From contig CAWBWI010000002.1 of the NCBI GenBank assembly GCA_963792585.1, forward strand, positions 64,001 to 128,000: 64,000 nucleotides of DNA, in the 5' to 3' direction. The notes under the pieces were generated by a model. That model saw only the letters and a list, made by a program, of their open reading frames with translations. It did not search any database and had not been told where the DNA came from. The translations under genes and the position numbers were made by a program. This document shows positions 58,088 to 64,000 of this stretch, in pieces; position 1 is the stretch's first letter; each line of letters begins with the position of its first letter. This stretch comes from Candidatus Eiseniibacteriota bacterium (GTDB taxonomy: Bacteria > Eisenbacteria > RBG-16-71-46 > CAIMUX01 > VGJL01).

Positions 58088-59297
58088 CAACAACATCCTG
58101 TTCGATGTCTCGATTTGAAAGTTGGTGAGTCAGAAAACGGGCGAAGGCAGCGAAGTCCCCGAGCAGCCATTTGCATCGGTCCGGAGGCGCTGCGGTGCGC
58201 GTCTTGGGCATGTCCTTTGTCACTGCGACGGAGTAGGCAGGGTTCGAGTCTTTGACGGTATTTCCCCAGTTGCGGTCGAGAGTCCCTACGATTCCGCCAT
58301 CCGCAGCCAACAGAGTCAAATTGGCATGTCGTCTAGCTAGTCCAATAGCCTTTGGGGCACTGACACGATCATTGAAGATCATCCCGAGACACGCAGCATT
58401 TGGATTACCTGAAAGGCCTTGCCCGATAAAGGCGTTGATGTGCTCATCGGCGAAGGAGTAGCCACATGTGAGCAGCACGCATTGGTCCGAGCGGAGAAAC
58501 ACGCGCAGTCGATCTAGCATCGCATAGTATGGCATCTGTCGACTCTGGTCGTACTTCAGGTGCGAGGGATAAACCAGGAGTTGCTCTCCCTCCACCTTGT
58601 CACGGCTACGGCGAATCTTCTTCTTGGCCGTCATCCACCAGTTGATAGATCCGTGTATCTTCCACAACCGTGTCCATCGCGCGGGCAGGTCGTCGGCGGC
58701 CATGGATTCGAGATCTAGGAAGGCACTGTCAGATCCGACAAAGCCGTCAAAATACGGAACACGTTGCTCTTCCAGAGCTTGTTCCAATGACAGGTCGTAG
58801 TTCGTTGTGAATATCTCGACGGGTTTGTCACGGGGAATGGCCTGAATCCATCGTGCGAGTGCATGATACGGCGTGTTAGTCGTTGGAAGAGGCTTATTGA
58901 CAATATCGCGGATCTTCGCGCAGATCGAGCCATCAAGCATGACAAGATCATCTGCGGAGAAGCCGTCGATGTCCCCGGTCTCGCACAGCGACTTGAGTGT
59001 ACGAATATGGCTAAGGACATCTTCGACTGTCGGCTCTGGAATGCCGCGCGCGATCACACGGTTCCACGCGATCTGGGCCGCCGACTTCAGGTCAGATTGG
59101 TTGTCCAGGAATGCCTTGACCTCTGCGGTGAGACCGGCAATATCCGGAATCGTCGGCCCTCCGTCGGCCTGTGAACAGCCCGCACCGATAAAGAAACCGA
59201 TGCGCATCTTACCTGGGGCAAGTCGTTGTAGGATGTCGGTGGCACGGCGATAAGGACAGTGCACCGGCCCGTTCGCTTCTGTTGGTGTAGGCGTCAT
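58077..59297 (-). CDS. SIR2-family NADase of a SIR2-HerA system
   Basis: 'FIGAGCS', 'TTNYD', 'KIHGSINW', 'GYSFADEHIN'; overlaps herA start. Confidence 0.9.
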   Translation of the reverse strand: MTPTPTEANGPVHCPYRRATDILQRLAPGKMRIGFFIGAGCSQADGGPTIPDIAGLTAEVKAFLDNQSDLKSAAQIAWNRVIARGIPEPTVEDVLSHIRTLKSLCETGDIDGFSADDLVMLDGSICAKIRDIVNKPLPTTNTPYHALARWIQAIPRDKPVEIFTTNYDLSLEQALEEQRVPYFDGFVGSDSAFLDLESMAADDLPARWTRLWKIHGSINWWMTAKKKIRRSRDKVEGEQLLVYPSHLKYDQSRQMPYYAMLDRLRVFLRSDQCVLLTCGYSFADEHINAFIGQGLSGNPNAACLGMIFNDRVSAPKAIGLARRHANLTLLAADGGIVGTLDRNWGNTVKDSNPAYSVAVTKDMPKTRTAAPPDRCKWLLGDFAAFARFLTHQLSNRDIEQDVVDAH

Positions 59298-59872
59298 AGG
59301 TCCTCTCTAGTGCGACCGCTGGATCGAACTCAGTGGTATCGCCGTACCGACACGGTCATCGCGGAGCATCTGCCACTCATGTGCTGGGAACCGGTTCGGG
59401 CCTCTTGCGCGATCGGTGTTGTGGGATAGTTGGGGGTGCGGCTGAGTCTTCTGCCGTGGGTAGGTGTGGACGCCCGCAAGCTGGACGCTTGTGCCGCCGA
59501 CCTACGCCTCCAAGTTGAGCCGACAGACCCCACCACCACCTCCTGGTGCCTTTCGTCCCGCCTAGATTGACCACAGCGAGTCTAGCCGAGCCATGGGGGT
59601 GGGTGCAAAGGTGTTTGAGGGGGTCCATCGGGCGACCTCCCCCTTTCGGCCCGACGGCGAGCCCGAGCTCGCAGGGTCCATCGAGATGGCGGCATCTATG
59701 AACGGCGTGGCGGTTGGGGCTGGGTCTCGCTGCAACGATCGCATCGATGCTGCGCTGTACAGTGGCTACGGCTTCATAGGGGATCAGAGCACACTAGATT
59801 TGGCGGGACGAGTCCATGTTGCCGTCTGAGAAGAAAGGCCGTCCCTTAAGTATGCGGCCTGTGACAGCAGAA

Positions 59873-60040
59873 TCATGGGAGCGCGAGCGCGCTCCGGAAG
59901 GTGCTGGAGAGCCGGAATCCAGAGTCCATCTGGACCATTGAACTTCGCGACTTGGTGACCTCGGTGAAGGCATTGAAGAGTGACCAGGCAGCGTCCGGAC
60001 GGAACTCCGATTGCCGCGGCCGATTCCAGGCCCCCATGAC
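59873..60040 (-). pseudogene. 3' remnant of a second DUF932-like gene
   Basis: 'AWSLFNAFTEVTKSRS..QMDSGFRLSSTFRSALAL' nearly matches the C-terminus of the gene ending at 61661. Confidence 0.8.
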
Positions 60041-60434
60041 GAGTGGCGGACTGCGAGGCTGGCAGTCTCTGCAATGTCTCACGACTGTCCACTGTGTCCT
60101 ATCTTCCTTCCAGGTGACCCCCGACAGAGGTCCCTGCCGTCAATCCCGTTCGCCACGGTGGTCTTGGGATTCCTTCCGTCTGCCTCCGGGTTCCACGCTG
60201 CGCCCTGGTGACGCGCGCCTCCGCCTCCAGCCCGAACGGTTCCCAGGCGGCGCCGGGCGGAACTCGCACACACAGAGAGTCGCCGCCCTGGCGCGGCGCA
60301 CAGTATCGGCAGATTACGCCCGATGGATCAGCCGTCCCGCCGGCCCCCACTTCGCAAGACGCTGACTTGCGAGCGGTCACGTTCGGCCGAGTATTGGCAC
60401 CGTACTGGGACAGGACAGCGACCTTACGACAAGC

Positions 60435-61244
60435 TCAGTATGTTGGAATCGGCCCCGGTACTGGACGCCAGCTCCACTCTACCTGCGTCAACTTTGCGCC
60501 TGTAAATGGTGCCGATGGATCATCGGGACGCGTGTACAGAACGCGCTGGGAGATGCGCAAGAGGTCGTAGAAGTTCCGTGCGTCTACCAGCTCCACAGGA
60601 GTTCCCAGAAGCGTCGCAAGCGACGCTTCCTCCGAGGCCCCTGGCTGGAACGATGACGTGGTCACGAAGACTCCTGAGGGATGACCCCTGAGGATCAAGG
60701 CCCCCACGAAGGCCCTAATGGCTTCCGCTCGAATCCGACGCTTGTAGCGCTTGACTTGGACACCAATCGTATCGCCAGTTGCACCCCGAAGGACGACGTC
60801 GATCCCGCCGTCGCCAGACCGGCCCGTGACAATAGTGCGATAACCACAGGAACCAAAGACACTCGCTACCGTCTTCTCAAGGAGGGTGGGAGACATGGAT
60901 AGGCGGTTTTCATACTTGGCCGCGAGGTACGCCCGCACTTCATTGAGAGGCGCCGTCTGGTTTGCGAGATCAAGGGGCTTGAGTACCCCCATTGCCCCAT
61001 TGATCTCGGTACTTGCACTGCCATGTCCTGTCTCCATGCGCTTGATCTTCTTTGTCCACCATCCGCATACAGGACAGACCCTGACTCGGCAGTGTTCCTC
61101 CTGCGGCCCGTGTCCTATGAAGACTCGCTCTTCCCGATCCTCGAGCGTCTGAAGGGGCTCATCACAGAACGCACAACAGACCCGATCGAGTGCGAGCTTC
61201 AAGATAGGGACGGTCACGGCACCGGGTTCATATTCCCAGATCAT
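60435..61244 (-). CDS. Mrr-like (type IV) restriction endonuclease with N-terminal Zn finger
   Basis: CAFC/CPVC; 'SGDGGIDVV..VQVKRY..IRAFVGAL..GVFVTTS.F'. Confidence 0.85.
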   Translation of the reverse strand: MIWEYEPGAVTVPILKLALDRVCCAFCDEPLQTLEDREERVFIGHGPQEEHCRVRVCPVCGWWTKKIKRMETGHGSASTEINGAMGVLKPLDLANQTAPLNEVRAYLAAKYENRLSMSPTLLEKTVASVFGSCGYRTIVTGRSGDGGIDVVLRGATGDTIGVQVKRYKRRIRAEAIRAFVGALILRGHPSGVFVTTSSFQPGASEEASLATLLGTPVELVDARNFYDLLRISQRVLYTRPDDPSAPFTGAKLTQVEWSWRPVPGPIPTY

Positions 61245-61630
61245 CTGTCTTTCCTCGAGTGATCCTTCAGAACCAGCAAGACACCACCACGAATCGAGCT
61301 GAGGTGTCCTCCGGACCCGCGGTTTAGCACCGATGGACCAACGAACGCAAGCGACCCCCAAAGTCCATACTCCCCGAGAAGCTCGTACCTATTCGGTCGC
61401 CAGGAGTAGTGGCGACTTGATAACACCCGACGGCACATGGCACAAGTCTCTGCGCGCGGATTCCGGCCATCGTGATCACAGAGATTCGAGGGCTGCAGGT
61501 CCTTGAGATCCTTCTCGTACGGATTAAACCTCGTCGTGCCCATTTCCGATCTCCGTGTCAATCGTTCCGCTGCCAGGTGGCGCCCTATTCTACGCTGGGT
61601 CTCGCCGAGAAGAAACATACCAGAAAGGAG

Positions 61631-61654
61631 AAGCCGCCTCGGGAGAGACGGCTT
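61631..61654 (-). terminator. Terminator downstream of the DUF932-like gene
   Basis: Minus strand AAGCCGTCTC-TCCC-GAGGCGGCTT followed by pyrimidine run. Confidence 0.55.
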
Positions 61655-61660
61655 GTGTGT

Positions 61661-62392
61661 TCAGAGCGCGAGCGTGCTCCGGAAGGTACTGGCGAGCCGG
61701 AGCCCCGCGTCCATCTGGACCCGTGGGCTTCGGGACTTGCTGACTTCGGTGAAGGCATTGTAGAGCGACCAGGCGGTCCGGGCCGCGAATGCCTCGTGCG
61801 CCGGTCTCTCCCACGCACCGATCACTTGCGGGAGTTGCGACGCGGGCAGGACGTTCCTTCGAACGGCCTCGACCATGAGATGGTCGGCCGTCTCGGGCGA
61901 GAGTTCCCGCGCCCTTCATCGCCGCGATCTCCGCGTGGATCCGGCCCTGCATTGAGGAGACCTTCGAGAGCATGCGGTAGATGAGGTCGGGCAGGTCCCG
62001 GAACACGTTGACCGTGTGCTTGCGGTTCGTGCCGGCCTCGCCGGAGAAGCTGAGGTTGTCGCAGCAGAAGACCCTGGCCCCCGCAACGATCCCGACGGAA
62101 AGGGAACGATCATAGAGCTCGAGCGAAGACCGATCGCGAGGGCGTAGTCCGCGTGCTCCCCGCCGTTCCGGCAGGTCAGCACTCCGAACATCTGCTGCCC
62201 CTCGCGGGCAAGCGCATAGCGAGCGTCGGTGATCTGCAGGCCAAACCGGGGAACATGGAGTTCGACCTCCTCGACGAACCGGCCATAGGGGACCGGAACG
62301 TAGGAGTCGGTTTCGGAAGGAACAGGCACGGAGGCCAGGTCGGCTTTGGTTGCCTCCCATCCCCCGCGGTGAAGAACCAACTGGCCAGGCAT
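61661..62392 (-). CDS. DUF932-like protein (frameshifts near 62120 and 61905)
   Basis: 'IGLRSS|YDRSLS..GARVFCCDNL..RKHT', 'AWSLYNAFTE'; RBS AAGGAGG. Confidence 0.75.
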
Positions 62393-62412
62393 GGTACGAA
62401 ACCTCCTTTCGG

Positions 62413-62845
62413 CTAGTGGAGCAGCCCCTTTTCCTGGAAGGAAAGGAACGAACCGTTCCCGCCCACGATGATGTGATCCAGGACCTCGATTCCGACGAGC
62501 CGACCACGTGTCTGACGAGCCGGTTCGTGATCTCTGATGTCGTCGTCTGAAGGGGAGATGTCTCCAGACGGGTGGTTGTGGGCCAGGATCATCGAGGCGG
62601 CGCTGGCGACGATGGCCGGCCGGAAGACCTCGCGGGGATGGACGATGGACGCGTTGAGGCTTCCCACCGAGATCGTCTCGATGCCGAGCACCGTGTGACG
62701 GCTGGTGAGGAGCACGACGATGAAGTGCTCCCGTTTCTCCTTCTTGAGCGAGGCCATGAGGAGCTGCGCGACATCGCTCGGGTTTCGTGACGACCGGGGG
62801 CTGCTTGCCCCGGTAGCGGCGGGTCCGCAGTTCGGCGACATACAT
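62413..62845 (-). CDS. radC: RadC-like JAB domain protein (indels near 62780 and 62510-62535)
   Basis: 'EHF..L..GSLNASIVHPREVF..AHNHPSGD..PS..D..LDHIIVG'. Confidence 0.85.
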
Positions 62846-62949
62846 AGGACTCTTTCCTCCTGGTTGCCGGGTGAGAAAGAAGAGGGGCCTTCAGGGATCT
62901 CCCGAAGGCCCGGCATTTGGTGGGAAACGAACGAAGAACGAAGCGCGGG

Positions 62950-63711
62950 CTACTCCCCACGCCATGACTGGCAGTGGGCGAAGTACTCGCACTCGGCGCA
63001 CCGCCAGGACGGGTTCGGGAAGAAGCAACCGGCCCGGATGGCGTGAGCGACCCGCTCGATGAGCCGAGCAGTCCAGGCGAGATCCTCGACCGTGCGGCTC
63101 GCGGGAAGCCTCTCGAGACGCGGGACTTTGGTCTTGAGGAGAGCGTCGATCCGAAGCGGTGGAACCTCCCCGGTTGCAATGAGACGGACGAGCGCGTACG
63201 TGGAGAGTTGGAGGTGCCGCTCAAGCGTGCCCGTGTCGAACGTCCGGGCGGCGGTCTTCAGTTCCACGAGGGTACCGTCGGCCTCGACGAGGTCGATGAT
63301 CCCCCGCAGACGCACGTCGAGCACTTCACCGGTTTCGGGATCAATGAGGTCGATCTCGAAGCGGTCCTCGATGAGCATGGGCAGCGTTTCGCCGATTTGC
63401 TCCACGTAGAGGGCGACGAGCTGGCGGCCTTTCTCCGCCAGGGAGTCCTTCGACTCCTTTTCTGGGAACACCACCGGCTCGAGGTTCTCCGCGAACCAGT
63501 CGGCGTCGAAGATCTTCGCGACGGTCTCCGGTTCCGGCCGGCGTCCGGCGAGCCGTTCCCGATGGAACCACTCGATGGCGGCGTGGACCGTAGAGCCGAA
63601 GACGAGAGCCGCGGGACGCCACGGCGGCGGGATCTGGTCGATGTAGCGGAAGCGGTACTGGAGGGAGCAGCCGAGGTACGTTTGGACGTGGCTAATGCTG
63701 AGGGGTTCCAT
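62950..63711 (-). CDS. PD-(D/E)XK nuclease (RecB/Cas4-like)
   Basis: 'SISH..C..Y', 'GSTVH', 'GIIDLV..ELKT', 'QL..Y', C-terminal 'CAECEY..C'. Confidence 0.85.
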   Translation of the reverse strand: MEPLSISHVQTYLGCSLQYRFRYIDQIPPPWRPAALVFGSTVHAAIEWFHRERLAGRRPEPETVAKIFDADWFAENLEPVVFPEKESKDSLAEKGRQLVALYVEQIGETLPMLIEDRFEIDLIDPETGEVLDVRLRGIIDLVEADGTLVELKTAARTFDTGTLERHLQLSTYALVRLIATGEVPPLRIDALLKTKVPRLERLPASRTVEDLAWTARLIERVAHAIRAGCFFPNPSWRCAECEYFAHCQSWRGE

Positions 63712-64000
63712 GCGGGACCTCCTCACCCCGAAGCAGCTCATCGATCGCGACCGTGGCCTGCGCCTTGCTGACTTGGGCAAGGGCCGCGACGCCGAAGTGG
63801 CTCTTCAGATACTCGTGGGCCGCCTCGTTCTCGAGGCCTTGGCCGGCGAGAATCCGGAAGAGGTACCGGCGCTGGGCTTCGGTCATGAGCGCCCCGTTGC
63901 CATTGCCGGCGGACGCGGTGGTGCCGGAAGCAGTTCGGCCGCTGCCGCGAGAACTGCGGGCCGGCGGGGGAGGAGCACCCGATCCGAGGTCCGATTCGCC
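63692..64000 (-). CDS. C-terminal part of a hypothetical element protein (5' outside window)
   Basis: Low-complexity linker then 'MTEAQRRYLFRI..SKAQATVAIDEL'. Confidence 0.5.
   Translation of the reverse strand, partial: GESDLGSGAPPPPARSSRGSGRTASGTTASAGNGNGALMTEAQRRYLFRILAGQGLENEAAHEYLKSHFGVAALAQVSKAQATVAIDELLRGEEVPHGTPQH

Larger units (their letters stand above)
29735..64000. mobile_element. tmRNA-integrated genomic island / integrative mobilizable element (right end outside window)
   Basis: Integrase stop 8 nt from ssrA 3' end; xis, relaxase, coupling ATPase, RadC, DUF932, defence cargo; no housekeeping genes after 29.7 kb. Confidence 0.85.

Noticed and set aside
62950..63711. cas4 / CRISPR locus
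   Set aside because: No repeat-spacer array or other cas genes seen in the window
29735..64000. Prophage, retron or DGR; second att site
   Set aside because: No capsid, terminase, tail or reverse transcriptase motifs; no copy of the ssrA 3' end spotted by eye

Overview
High-GC bacterial DNA in two parts. Bases 1 to ~29.7 kb are core genome: secreted proteins with C-terminal FlgD-Ig or 'STWGxV(K/R)xLYR' tails (suggesting an FCB-group lineage such as Eisenbacteria/Latescibacterota, inferred), an aminotransferase, arcC, smpB-(inactive amidase)-GerMN-murI-rph-rdgB, ssb, five tRNAs and tmRNA. From the tmRNA 3' end to the window edge (>34 kb) lies an integrated mobile element. Its left arm is a near-continuous minus-strand gene string: ECF-sigma-like gene, a 55-aa leader fused to a PII/DUF3574-like domain, E2, JAB, ThiF/E1, membrane SH3 protein, VirD4-like ATPase, Replic_Relax relaxase, MTase, excisionase and integrase. 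The E1-E2-JAB module has no ubiquitin-like or CD-NTase substrate gene, its E1 lacks the usual catalytic Cys, and the short Gly-ending leader is the best candidate modifier; this is the most novel item. The rest carries a FimB-like recombinase beside an inverted-repeat-flanked segment, defence cargo (type IIG-like R-M, SIR2-TPR, AlbA_2, SIR2-HerA-KTSC, Mrr-like nuclease) and a RadC/DUF932/PD-(D/E)XK backbone. Many single-base indels, some compensating, suggest read errors or decay. All domain calls come from reading motifs by eye, not database searches.
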